This document shows, in pieces, positions 24,991 to 37,600 of a stretch of DNA of 64,000 nucleotides (the first letter of the stretch is position 1; each line of letters begins with the position of its first letter). Origin of the DNA: Tubulanus polymorphus (taxonomy: Eukaryota > Animalia > Nemertea); NCBI RefSeq assembly GCF_964204645.1, contig NC_134031.1, positions 20,405,910-20,469,909 of the forward strand, in the 5' to 3' direction. Under the pieces are notes generated by a model. It saw only the letters and a program-made list of their open reading frames with translations, searched no databases and had not been told where the DNA came from. The position numbers were made by a program, and so were the translations under genes.

Positions 24991-26058
24991 ATGTGTGATA
25001 ACAGCAATTCGTCAGCCGCCTGCAGTAAAGAAGATGGAAACAATGTAAAAATATATCTCCGTTCTTCGCTTCCAGGTTTTCCCGCTATATACACTGAATT
25101 CATGTCAGGCAGCGAACCACTAAAAACTAGGTACGGTGCTTATCTTTTCCTCGTCGGCCATTTCATCATTTTTGTGGTCGGGTTTGTTGGTAATTCGATG
25201 GTAATCTTCATCATGTTTGGGAAAGTCATGAGACGTCATTCATATTCAGTCTATTTGATTTTCATCGCGATTATGGACAACAGTTTTCTAGGAATGTATG
25301 TAGTTGCTTGGATCAGCGTGTTCGCGTATCTGCTCACCGGGCGTCATATTGAAACACCTTTTTCAACATCTTACCTGGGCTGTGTCATTTCAGATTACCT
25401 ATTTCAGGTGATATATTTCGTTAGTATGTGGGTAATGGTTACTTTATCGTTAGAACGTTTTATTGTGGTTTTCTTTCCATTGGTTTCAAAGCGTATCTGT
25501 ACGCATAGAAATGCCATCATAGCGACTTGTTTAACATTTTTCGTACCAGCCGTTTTCTGTTTGTACTATCCCTTATACCCAGTTTACTACGATGTCAGAA
25601 TCTATCCGGCTGGGCCATATTTCTCTTATCGAGGTGTTTGTTGGCATAAATTCGATATCAGTGTCTTAATAATACAAGTTCGCACTGTCAATGTCTATCT
25701 TACGACGGCCCTAGTTTTAATTATCAACCTTGCAATGGTCCAGAAATTACGACTTTCAAGGAGCAAATTCGGGGATAAGAAAATTAGAAATGAGAAAGTG
25801 AATAAAACCACTTACGTTCTGATTCTAATCGCCTTGACATTCGTTGTTGGTACGAGTGCCAGTGTGATCATTGCTCTTTTGGATGTTGTACATTATTTAC
25901 AAGTGTCGGATATCGGCTGGGGAGTTCTGTTTAATGTGCAAGATCTGTGTAATGCTTTAGTACACTCTACAAATTTGTTCATTTATTTAGCCGGAGCTGA
26001 AATGCGGGCGGAGTTCTACAAAGTGGTCTCTTGCAGAAACATATCGAAAAGACTATAG
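24991..26058 (+). CDS. Intronless rhodopsin-family GPCR (same clade)
   Basis: First true ATG at 24991 (MCDNSNSS); 7 TM; GN, IAIMD, SLERF and TNLFIY motifs. Confidence 0.9.
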   Translation: MCDNSNSSAACSKEDGNNVKIYLRSSLPGFPAIYTEFMSGSEPLKTRYGAYLFLVGHFIIFVVGFVGNSMVIFIMFGKVMRRHSYSVYLIFIAIMDNSFLGMYVVAWISVFAYLLTGRHIETPFSTSYLGCVISDYLFQVIYFVSMWVMVTLSLERFIVVFFPLVSKRICTHRNAIIATCLTFFVPAVFCLYYPLYPVYYDVRIYPAGPYFSYRGVCWHKFDISVLIIQVRTVNVYLTTALVLIINLAMVQKLRLSRSKFGDKKIRNEKVNKTTYVLILIALTFVVGTSASVIIALLDVVHYLQVSDIGWGVLFNVQDLCNALVHSTNLFIYLAGAEMRAEFYKVVSCRNISKRL

Positions 26059-26356
26059 AAAAGTCTACCGAACATTGGGAGGAACATTCTACATATAAAT
26101 CCTACGCATCTCCAGTCTTGATACGTGTCATTTTGGAGACGGAATATACCGTCTCCAAGAGCTTGAACGCATTACCGCGACTTACCTAAAACTGCTTAAG
26201 CTCTTCTTGAATGAAACCAAAATAGAGCACACCCACGTGTATCCTGCCGAGAAATGTGGATCCGAGGTGGATGGTAATACACTTAGAGGCAGTGTTGACA
26301 AAAAGTAAAATACTCGGATCACAGATAGGCAGCATCAGTAGACATAACAAATCCAG

Positions 26357-26464
26357 GGGCGAGTTTTATAGACTGGTATTATCTTTAACCCAGGGGTTAA
26401 CTCAATTGAAGATGAATTGAGTGAGCCCCCGGGTTAAAGATAATACCAGTCTATAAACTCGCCC
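26357..26464. mobile_element. Nearly perfect palindromic Harbinger-type MITE
   Basis: Arms GGGCGAGTTTTATAGACTGGTATTATCTTTAACCC and GGGTTAAAGATAATACCAGTCTATAAACTCGCCC; flanks CAG/CGG. Confidence 0.7.
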
Positions 26465-26942
26465 CGGATGCAGGTAACATTACGTCCCAATCATATTGGG
26501 AACTCTGGAGCAGATGATTATGAATTTTCATCATTCGTCTATACGTACATAGTCGCGTGTATCCTTAATGTTTTACAACTGGATGGCTGGACGACTGCAC
26601 CGTTCTGGATAAACTGGATTTATGTTACTGCAGTTTTGTCTTATGTTTTTGTTTGAAACTATGATTGCGTATGGGCTACGCCTAGAAGCGATATCAATTT
26701 GACGAGTTTGTTTTGGTGTCTTAATATTTAATCCATCTGGAATCAGTAAAACATTTAGAAGCATATAATAGGTGTTCTGTGCGAACTTTTTCATTAATAT
26801 GTATCGGAACATCTATAGGTTTTAGGTATCCGTTATCATTTATACACTCAGCTGGTCGAATTGCAAAATAACGACAAAAAGGAATAAAATCATAATAAAT
26901 CAATTCATATCTTCTTCTTGTGTTTGAAAAGGGTCCATGTTT

Positions 26943-28898
26943 TCAAGGAAAGAAACAACATTTAAAAAGAATCTTAATCATGATACGATTTTTTTCCATC
27001 CTTGATAGCCTTTGAAGTCGACTCGCTACGCGTTGTCTCTTACAGACTGTGTTATGTTTTCATCAGTTTGTTTCGGTTTTTTGATATGTTTTATCCATTC
27101 TGGAATCAGTATCAAAACACATAGAATCAATAAACCAGCGCAGAAATAGAACGAGATCGCGTAGTTTCCCGTTGCGTCGTAAATCCAACCTGAAAATAAA
27201 TAGACAACTAGTTAAATCAGCGTTAATTAGACAAGTTTCCATTCATGAAACCTCTAGGAGCATCATCGCAACTTGAGATTATTGCTCATAGATAAGACCT
27301 ACCTGCAACAGGAGCACCGAGCAAATATCCAAATCCTCCACTGAAAAAACCATACGAATAAGACATATACAGATATTCGCTTCCAAATAGTTCCAAAAGC
27401 ATCAACAAATGTAAGGCAGCATGGGCGGACATTAGAATGCCTATAGAAGCGCTGACTGTCAGGGCTGCTACATAACCCTTCATAAACGGTATAACACAAA
27501 CTTGAATCGCCAGTAATGTGTTCAGTATCATGTATAACGTGAATGTATCTATCATGGGATGCTTGGTTATCAACGAGACGACGATGCGCGCAAAAAGTGT
27601 CGACAAACCCATCGCTGATAAAGTAAATCTCGCCTGTTCAGGAGAAATTTCTAATAAAACTCTAGTTCCAGATACGATGTGCACGTAAATGACAGACAAT
27701 GCTGCATCTATAATAAAACAATGTATCATAAATACTACGAACATTTTCTGTTTAAACAGATCTAATTGATGAAGATCGCGAAATCTTCTGGTGTTATCAC
27801 CATTGTTCTGTCTCAATAGCGATTCTTGGTTTTCCTCGTGTTTTGGAAGTGGTTTATTTGACCAGTGACGAAATAGAAGTCCTAGAGCGCACCGTTGAGA
27901 CGCGATACCACCGATAATCAAACAGCATCCGCGCCAACCGTACTGTTTCAAACAGTAGTTTATGATAAACGGAAAAGCGAGAATACCACTCGAACTGCTA
28001 GCAACCCTCAAACCTTGCACAAGTGCTGCTTGCTTTGGAAATCTGTTTACCAAATATGGCCCTATACTACAAAAGTGGAAAGTCAAGCCACATCCTGAAA
28101 TAAGATATGGATATTAAGAATTGATCTAAAATATATACATATATATATAAATAAATTCTGAGGAACAACGAAGAGCTATCGGTTGAAGTGAGCTAAGAGG
28201 TCCTGAATTGTAATAGCATCAGGAGGTAGAACCTCATGGCGCCTCAGTTGATAGTTCCAGGCTACTACAGGTTTCTCATCGTTCTCTACCGAATCTAGAA
28301 TACTCTTCTGGCATGTTCGTTTCGATCACAATACGCTCTCCCTACTCCGGAATAGCATGGCTGGTACGAGAGTTTGAAATACGGAATTGATGATCTTATT
28401 CCGGAATACGTCCAATTGAAACCTGCCGTAATTGAAGTTTACCTGCTAAAACTCGCAGTGCTATAGCCAGGTATATATTGTATACAAATGACGTCAGAGC
28501 TAAAGCGGATGCGTTGATCGTTGCAGCGATGAAAAATACTTTGCGAAAACCAAATCTTTTTATCAATAAAGTGGCGATCGGTGCTTCATGTGAAAAGAAA
28601 CATCAAGGTAATTATCTCCACAGTGATATCACAGATACGAGTTCTAGTTTTCAAATATATTTGTCATAGAGATGAACTTACCTCCACAACTGCTGATTCC
28701 AATAATAGCTGTACCGAGCCAAGCTGTAACACCACTTCCCTGATGAAAATAGTCCACCCATTCCGCTACCAGAATACCATCGACATAATTACCTCCGTTG
28801 ATGAACGAAGAGATCAAACCGGCAGATATGACGATGATTGTTTCCAATAGATTTGAGTTCTCATTTTTTGCTGCTTCGTCAACGATTGATGAAGACAT
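26943..28898 (-). CDS. Monocarboxylate transporter (SLC16/MFS) family protein, 4 coding exons (~28898-28682, 28583-28443, 28094-27304, 27189-26943)
   Basis: Motifs APIATLLIKRFGFRK, YCLKQYGWRGCCLIIGG, ELFG and GAPVAGWIYDATGNY; in-frame GT-AG joins. An additional upstream exon is possible. Confidence 0.85.
28170..28253 (+). repeat. 84-bp dispersed repeat, copy 1 (copy 2 at 30201-30284)
   Basis: The two copies differ at only 2 positions. Confidence 0.9.
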
Positions 28899-30200
28899 CT
28901 CAAAGTCGATATCAAAACCTTGTTGTGGCAAGGAAAAAAGATCTGTACATTAAGTATGACCCTCCAAACGCTGATGTTTCTCTTTTGTTTTGACACGTAG
29001 CAAACGCTTTTTAATAAATAGGGGCGGCATCATAGGGGGGGGGGGGCAGGTAGAGGGAGCAATTATTGCTTACAGGTTTGTATATGTAAATACAAACATT
29101 ATAGTTGCTTTGAATTATTCTAACTACATAATAACAAGTTCCACGAAGACTACGGCCGAAAACGAATTGGTAAAAGTTAGGTACTTGCCCCCACTCCACC
29201 ATCCAAACAATCAGTCGACCTATATTGAACTTTTTGTACAAGTACCTTTTACATTCGCCACCAGTTTAACACGACTCCTTCCAATTCTTTTCATTATTGT
29301 ATTGCTTAGAATTTTTATAACCTTATCGCACGAGTTGTTTGTCAGCAGTTTTATCTTATTTCATATTGAGCTTAGCGTGTCACGAGGTCGAACAAACTAG
29401 CTCACTAGGTGCCATAACCGAGATATCGAAACGTTTTTACTGTAGCTTCCTAACGAGAATTTTATCTATCTTTTTGTTGCACCCAGATATTTAATCATTT
29501 AATAAATGAACTTTCTGCGTTAAGAAATCCCACGGAAAAATAATTCATATTCATGTTTATCGTTCTTCTCGACGGCAGCCATATTTCAGTGTGTGAATTC
29601 AAATTCACCGTTTTTCTCGAGGCAGCTTCATCTTTCTGATCTTTACCATTTGGCAAAAATTTACCGAATCTGGGAGGCAGTTACGTACGTATCAATTTCA
29701 ACACAATACTACGATGAAGTCAATACGCGAATGAAGTCCAAGACTGCAGACTCCTGAGTCAAATCATTGGAACTGAACTAATTTCCACTTGAGAGAGAGA
29801 GAGAGAGAGTCAAGCGTAACTCAGAGCTTTGAAACTTGAAAAGAAATAAATATAAAAAGAATAAATTTCTAGTATTCATAACAATTTCTTTAATATTCAT
29901 TGAAACTAATTTTTCATATTTACAAAAATTACTACTGATGAGACACTAACAGTAATATTCTTTTGCAGAGGGGGGCTATACTGTTAAAACACTAGGTGGT
30001 TTTTCCTTCACAACCGTAGCACATACGAAGTCTCGGCACTCTTAATCGCAATTATTTGTTCACTTAAATACGCAATCAGGTATGTGCATTTTTTTAACTT
30101 TCCAAAAATAATTTCCACTGCATAAGGAGAGCGACAATAGACTAGGCGAAGAATGAACAGCATTGAAAACCTAATCCCATAAAACGGGATTTTGGACGAT

Positions 30201-30284
30201 GAAGAGCTATCAGTTGAAGTGAGCTAAGAGGTCCTGAATTGTAATAGCATCAGGAGGTAGAACCTCACGGCGCCTCAGTTGATA
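30201..30284 (+). repeat. 84-bp dispersed repeat, copy 2
   Basis: Matches 28170-28253. Confidence 0.9.
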
Positions 30285-31650
30285 ACTCAGTTGAAGCCGC
30301 AATGACACATACCAATGCACTCTAACCAATCACTTTAAGTTTAAATGCAATAATCATTCAAAATGTAATCACCGATTTGCCCAGGCCAAGCAACACTGAA
30401 GCCCTATTCTTTAAGCTCACTACCCTAATTGATGCAGAAAAATAATATTGTACGGTAGACTACTTACTCGATACAGTAAAACTGGTCAGGTGGATGAATG
30501 TTACAAAGTCATCCATCCATTTCACAATTTCGGTACTAGGCCCAAGGGTCAACCTGAATATTTACGGTTCCAACACGACTGAATTCCTCAACTTTCTTTT
30601 AACCTCGGTGAAATATTTTCAGTTGCGACGTCGAAAGTAAGGCCGAGTTTACTGTACATTAACTACTTGAATGGATATATATTCTACTGGTACATACAAT
30701 TTCACCAAACGAAAAATATCGTTTTACGCCTAATTAAAATCTACATCTCATATAACAATACATATACAGTTCAAGTACTTTATAACGCCATCATTTGGAT
30801 TGAGAATAATTTGACGCTACAAAAGATGGCGTTATAACAGACTCCCGTTATACCAATGCTTCATATCACTTCATCTGAACAGACTATGAAAAAGAAATAA
30901 TTCACTCATCGACCATCAAACATTGATACGTTAATCTATTTAAACATACGCGTATTGGACGAAAAATGCCGCAAAGCAAGCATAAATGAAAATGTTTCAA
31001 TCTTGTACTCATGCTTAAAATTAGCTGCAACATCGTTTTTGTTTCGTTTCACTCGAGTTATGACGAATAAATAACGGACAATGTTCCCACTTTGGTGACA
31101 ATATCTTGCAGACGCTTGTTCCCTTTTGATTAATAAAAATACTGCGTACACGACTAGATATCAGCAGAATATCACTTGGTTTATGGGTACATTATAAACA
31201 CCAGTGGAACTTCGTTACAAATTAACTTCAAAGGGTCCAGGAAAAATATGTTCGTTAAAACTAAATACTTTGTTTTCTGCAGTAAACACCTAGTTTCACG
31301 GAAGTTAAACTAAAATTTTCTGTTGAATGTTTTGGGCAATGCTGAAATTTTCAAATTATATCATTCACTTTCAGGTATTGATTACTCAGCACTGAAAGGT
31401 TTAAGTTGACCTGGACTGTAGTTTCATGAATTTGCCGGTAGTCGACGGTGAATCGTCCGTCTGCTGATCTCTCGAGTCGTGTACATTTCAAGACATCGTC
31501 GTTTTAAAAACAAGCGTTTCATTAAATATGAACAGGCACAAAACGAAGTAGACGATGCTACCTAATCGGCAAAATCAACGTATCGAACAAAAACGCTCGG
31601 TTTTTCATCATCGTTAATAATTTATAGTTTGTATAATCGGACAGTTCATG

Positions 31651-34600
31651 TCATAACTGCGTTGAATCCTGTAGTCTCGGCTGCTGATCCCGCGGCGCGG
31701 CGTCGTCGTCAGTCGTGGACAACGTCTCAATTTTCAATATCAACGCGTCCGTATCGCGCGGCGACGATGGTTGAAGTTCGCCCTTATAGTCAAAAGATGG
31801 CGCCGCGTCCGACAGCTTGATCGAATTTTTTAACGCGCCGTTTTTAGCGTAACCGTTCGCTAGGGTATGTTGTTGTTGTTCGGGCGACGGTATATCCACA
31901 ACTGTTGACTGACTCGGCGCGATTGCCGGCAGAAATTCGTTCTTCGTGAGTTCCGCTAAACTCAGTACGGATTCGCTGATCGGTGGCCAGTCAGGTTCCG
32001 ATTTTATCTCCTTTTCGATGACCTTGTGTTTGACCATCGTGTCCGGCAAACACTGCTCTTTCGTTTCGCGCCATTTTCGTCTGAGACGCACGTTGTCGAC
32101 CAGGAAACTCTGAAAACAAGCAAATCAAACGTATTTTTACCGCTTGAAATGGAAAATTGCAAAGAGCTCGCGACCATCCTCAAAGCAAAAAGAATGGCTT
32201 AATCATAGCATACCTCGAGTATTAAAGAGGCCAGGAAATTGGCGGCAGAAATTCCAACTAGAAGAAGTCGAAACTCGATAGACTTCGGAGGCAACAACTG
32301 AAAATCAAGAAATTGTAAGATTTCATCAGTTTATCATTTCAGGGTGGGTACTTTTATTTCATTTACTTTATCCCCGACTATTCCCAGATATCTACGCTGT
32401 TTTCCCTAACTTGATCTTGTCAGAATCCAAACAATAAGACATTGATTGTTTGCTTATACATGCGACCTATCCGTTTCAACAAATTTCCCAGACTTATCCC
32501 TGATTTTCGAATAAGTGGCCACCCTGATTACGCTAAATCCAGTCAAACTTGAAACTACACGCATTTTTTCATTTCCGATGCTCAACGCAAAGATCTACCG
32601 TACATGAATGATTCGGGCAGCTGAACACTTACCTCTATGAATGACATGAAGAATTCAGCGGGGTAAATAGTGAGATAAGCAGTGAACGCGATAAGTATCA
32701 CTAGATTCGCTAAAAACCAATCTGAAATGAAAAACACATTCGCTAAAATCCTTCAAGAAAAATTAGCAACCAGGCTTATGGCAAATGAAAAGGGGCTCAA
32801 GATTATGGACCAAAAATTACATTCACACGGCTGGAAAATGCCACAGGACAATCATCTTGAATGTGATTGACGTATGACAATAGAATACTTACAGTTAGTC
32901 AATATAGATTTCCGATACGGAGTGCCTTTTGAGAAAACAATCGCCAGTGTTATATACTGGAAACTGGAAACGCAGAACAACGAAAAGTTCTCGTGACTGG
33001 CGTATTCTTCCTCGGCATTCCGTACAAATGGCACATACCTGCAAATAACAAAATCACTGTCAATGCAAACCTGTACATCTGGAATATTTCGAATCAAAGT
33101 TTCACGAGTATTTTCTTACAGATAGATGAACCGAATTCATTGAAAATTATTGCAGAAAAACCTTAGGGTATCATTAACAAGTCTGTAAAATATCTAAGGA
33201 AAAATTCACAAGTAATGTGAACTTTCGCACTTTCAAAACAGCATGTTACTAATGCATTATCAAAGCAACTTTAACTCAAAATGGTTAACTCTAACCAACT
33301 CTTCAGTAAATTAGCCCTGTATCATTTATACATGTAAGTCTATTGAATGCTATTATTTGTCTGAAGTCTGTGTATCACATACAGTTTATCGCCTCTATAA
33401 CTTACCAGGGTTGAGCTAGCACAAAATAATAGGTGATGACTTGAAACAGTAATTGCACTGACACTTGTATAATCAGTGATATGATCGGGGCGCTGCTGAA
33501 CAGACTAACTAACGGTGGTTCTCTGGATAGAAACGGATAGGCAGCCGTTCTGCCAACTGAAATGAAGTCGAACTAGTTGAAGTAAATATTGTAATCGTAT
33601 ACATTTAAAAATATTAGCAAATTTGGTTTTTCATAGACGAGTCTAATTAGTTTGACGAAAACAACCAGGGGCCAGTTGCTCAAAAGTTGTTAAAAGATAA
33701 CCAGCCATTAAATACCATAGAAACAATGAAATCTCAATTGTCACCATATCGACTATCCACTGATTAACTCTAGCCAACTTTTGAGCAACCGACCCCAGGG
33801 ATTGAAGTAAAAACTGAAAGAAATACATCTAAGTTTTTGAGAATGTCTCATACGATGAGTCATAGATTTGAGACGAAACGTCAAAATTCTTAGTTTTTTC
33901 CTTCAATCGAGAGTTTTATCGTTAACACATTAGCCACGAGATATAACGACATCTGTTACACTTACACGTTATACTAAGTGAAGTCAGCAAAATCAAGTCG
34001 ATGTATAAGAACTCGAAATCCGTCAGATTTGCTCCGATCTGAAAAATGAAATAGAAAATTGTGAAAATGTTCACATTTATATAGAGATGATCGGTATTAT
34101 TCCAGTCCAAATACAAGTAAGTATAGACTGGATGAACGGCATTCAGTTGGGAATATCATAGATCCAAATATATGGGTAGATATTCAATTTACAACACTTG
34201 TCAATTGTACACGGACTCAAATGCCTTACAATTGGGAATACCCAATTGTCCCTAAATCCTGTTCGCGAAACTTACCCAGTATAGAATAAGTACAGTAACA
34301 AACTGGGTTAAACTGTAACAGGCGATGTACTTGAATATACCGAATGATGTGACCAATGAAGCACGACCCTCTCTGAAGAAAGTAAGCGTAGACGATATTA
34401 GAACTTTCACCAAATGAACAAGACGCATGAACAATGTGACGGCAATCAATAGAGAATCCCACAATAATAGCGAAAATAATTTACATCCCGAAAATGTTTC
34501 CAAGTGAGCTATTTCATTATTTGACGTTTCAACTGTATTCTAAATAGTCATCTTCAGGAATACTGAGGATTCCTGAAGATGAAGACTAGAATATATACAT

Positions 34601-37600
34601 TTTCGGTCTTTATATTATAAAGGTTTCCGCTGCATTCGCAGTTCTTTATCGTGAGATTCTCTATAGAAAGATGATTGAATAACGCGTCTTACTTGATGAC
34701 TGTGGGCACGCAGTTAATGTTAGCTTCTGTAGATGTGAACGGTGAGGCGACCGACGCCTCCGCTTCCGATAAGGAGATACCGGCGTGAGCTGTTTTCAGC
34801 GCGCCGCAATCATTAGCTCCGTCGCCGCACATACCGACGTAGTAACCTAACTCCTGCAACGACTCGATCAGTTGAGCTTTCTGATCAGGCGACATCCGAG
34901 CGAATATCGTTCCGCGTACGACTAACTGGAAAATAAACGATGGATCGGATGTGAGATAATGATCGAGGAATACAAACGTCAGTTATCAATCTGCAGCTTC
35001 GAATTTAGACAATAAATCATTTGTTTGCATTATGTAAATACAGCGCGTACCTTTGGTAACATATCAGCGAAATTGTCTTTAATTACGTCCCATGATTTTC
35101 CGGTTAAAGCGAAATGATAATGATCGTGTTTACTTTCGTACTGCACTAGAGAACTCTTCTGCAAAATATGAACGATAAATTCGTACAATTCATAAACTGA
35201 CAACAACTTTAACTCCACAATTCAAAAAGTTTGTCGCGAAAAACACTCAAATTCAGAACCCAGTTGAAAGTTGGTTAGCACAACTTGTCCAACAGTTAAC
35301 TTAAAACCAACTTTTGAGCATCTGGCCCTTGAAATTAATAGATTTCCAGAGATGGAAATAATGGCTCTGACTATTTTGAAAACGACCCCCTACGGTAAAT
35401 CTTGCTTTGATAACGTCAATAATATAAACAATTAAAAGCTGAATAGATGTAGTCATTGATATGATATCGTCAAACGGTGACTTAGTTTTCAGCTTACCTT
35501 ATGAGTTCCTTTCAACTCTTCCACCGTAATGTTATCTTCTGCGTAGACCCATTCGACATCTGCTGGCTGACCTTGTACTGCTGGTTTCGCGTTGACCAAT
35601 ATCACTTTATCACCGGGCTCGACGATGTGACAATCTCGCGCTACGCTGAGCGCGGTCAAAATGTTGTCACCTTCAAAAAATTTTAGAAAAATTTCATTTA
35701 CGCAAGATGAAAGTCAGTGGCAAGCAGTAGCAGAAAGTAGATAATTGTTCCCACAGTTACACGAATTCAAAACTACCCAAGTATTTTAAGGGTGATTTTT
35801 TCGATTTTTTGAATGCTACGGGATCATTGACAATCCACGGTTCGCAAAATTTCGAGACCACTATTCGCAAAATTTCGACTTAAACTGCCACTGGTTTCAC
35901 AATATCAAATAAGTTAGATATATTAGAATAGAGTACAGTACCTGTAACCATCACACTGCGTATTCCAGCCTTTGTTAGTGTATTGATAACCGGTTTACTC
36001 TCCGGCTTCAGCTTATTTACCATAATAATCAATCCCAAAAATATCAGATCCTTCTCGACGTCTTTCCTGAAAATACATCCGAAATTAATTACACAACACC
36101 ACAGGTCACTGAGCACCGGTGCATGCTACTGAGCACCGGTGCATGCTTTCAATAAGCATCCTAGAAATCATAAGTATATCCCCGGTAGGGATTCGAACCT
36201 GATGGCATCGAGACTCACCACGGTACGAAACCCTGCCACACTAGATAGAGTGGTTAGATATGCCATTATAGGTCCGATCAGAAATCATGTTTCATCTTAG
36301 CCCAGGTTCGTGTAAATAAATCTTAGTAAACTTATATCATACCTTTCAATTCGTTGCACTTTAACGTAAGAAAGTTTCAGTGGTTTCCAGGCGAGGGCGA
36401 TCACTCGGTAACCTTGCTGCGTGTAATTCGTTAAAACATTGTGGAAATCAGACGGAACTGAAAAATAATTCATAAATCAATCGGTCACCATACGATAGTA
36501 AACTCATCCTCTCCTGGGTCCAGTTCCACAGTTCCGAGTTAAGATTAAACTCTTAGTTAACTCTAACTCACGACTGTGGAACTGGGTCCGTAACTTTGAC
36601 TCTAGACTTTAACTCAGAGTTAACTCTAACTCACGACTGTGGAACTGGGTCCTGGTGATCGAACAACAAATAAACGTCAACAATCAACACTTCCGTACCT
36701 GTTTCTGGTTTTGAAAGCGAAGCGATCATCTCCGGTGAGCCTTTAGCGTACAGCGTGAAACAGTTCTCACCGAGCGTGCGAGTGATGACAGACATTCTCT
36801 GTAAACTCGACGAGAAGGTGAACTGTCGAATGATTCCTATTTCATGCATACCGACAGACGGAATTCCCTACGAAAATGGAGAAAATCTAAATTACATTTT
36901 ACCATATTGGGAAATACCATCTCAAATTGTCCAAACTGCTCAAGCAGTTACCCCCTGTTACGCCAAGTCTCACAATCCGTCTACCTACCATTGAATCAAT
37001 CGATTCTGAAGAACTGATTATATCTGGTTTCTTCGGGCGAACGACCGACGGCATTATCACATCAAACTTTGTGCTGTCTTCGCGAATTTCCTCGAATTCC
37101 TGCAACAATAACATAAACATTGGTTATAGACCTGCTACAAGACATAGACATTATACCAGGACCTGATTCCACAGTTACGTTATGATTTAGAGTTAACTCA
37201 TTGAATATGTACTTATTTTAACTCTTAAAACAGTTAACATCGAAGTAATCAAATCACATTCCGCATTCCATTGCTCAAAGCATTTCAGGTACTCAACACT
37301 TACCCACTGAGTGGCTTCAAACATTTTCAAATCAAGGGGATCGCCGCTTAGTACGTCATCGATGATCGTTAATGAATGACAAGTAGCCATAACGCTAAGG
37401 AACGCGCCTTTAGGCAACAATGTGCAATCCTCGAGCAACTCTTTAAACCTGCAAAAACATTTAAATTCGATGATATTCTTAAACGATAGAAATTATATGA
37501 ATTATGCAGTAGATGGTAAATTAGAGTAAATTATCGAAAGAGCTCAAACTGAATAAGAGTGAAATATGAAACAGTAGGGAATTGATACTGATGGTGTACA

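Noticed and set aside
28990-29400. 136-aa plus-strand ORF with a hydrophobic C-terminus
   Set aside because: Non-ATG start, antisense to the MCT 5' region, AT-rich composition and no recognisable family.
36180-36275. tRNA-like B-box (GGTTCGAATCCC) on the minus strand
   Set aside because: No cloverleaf; probably another SINE-like remnant whose boundaries cannot be defined.
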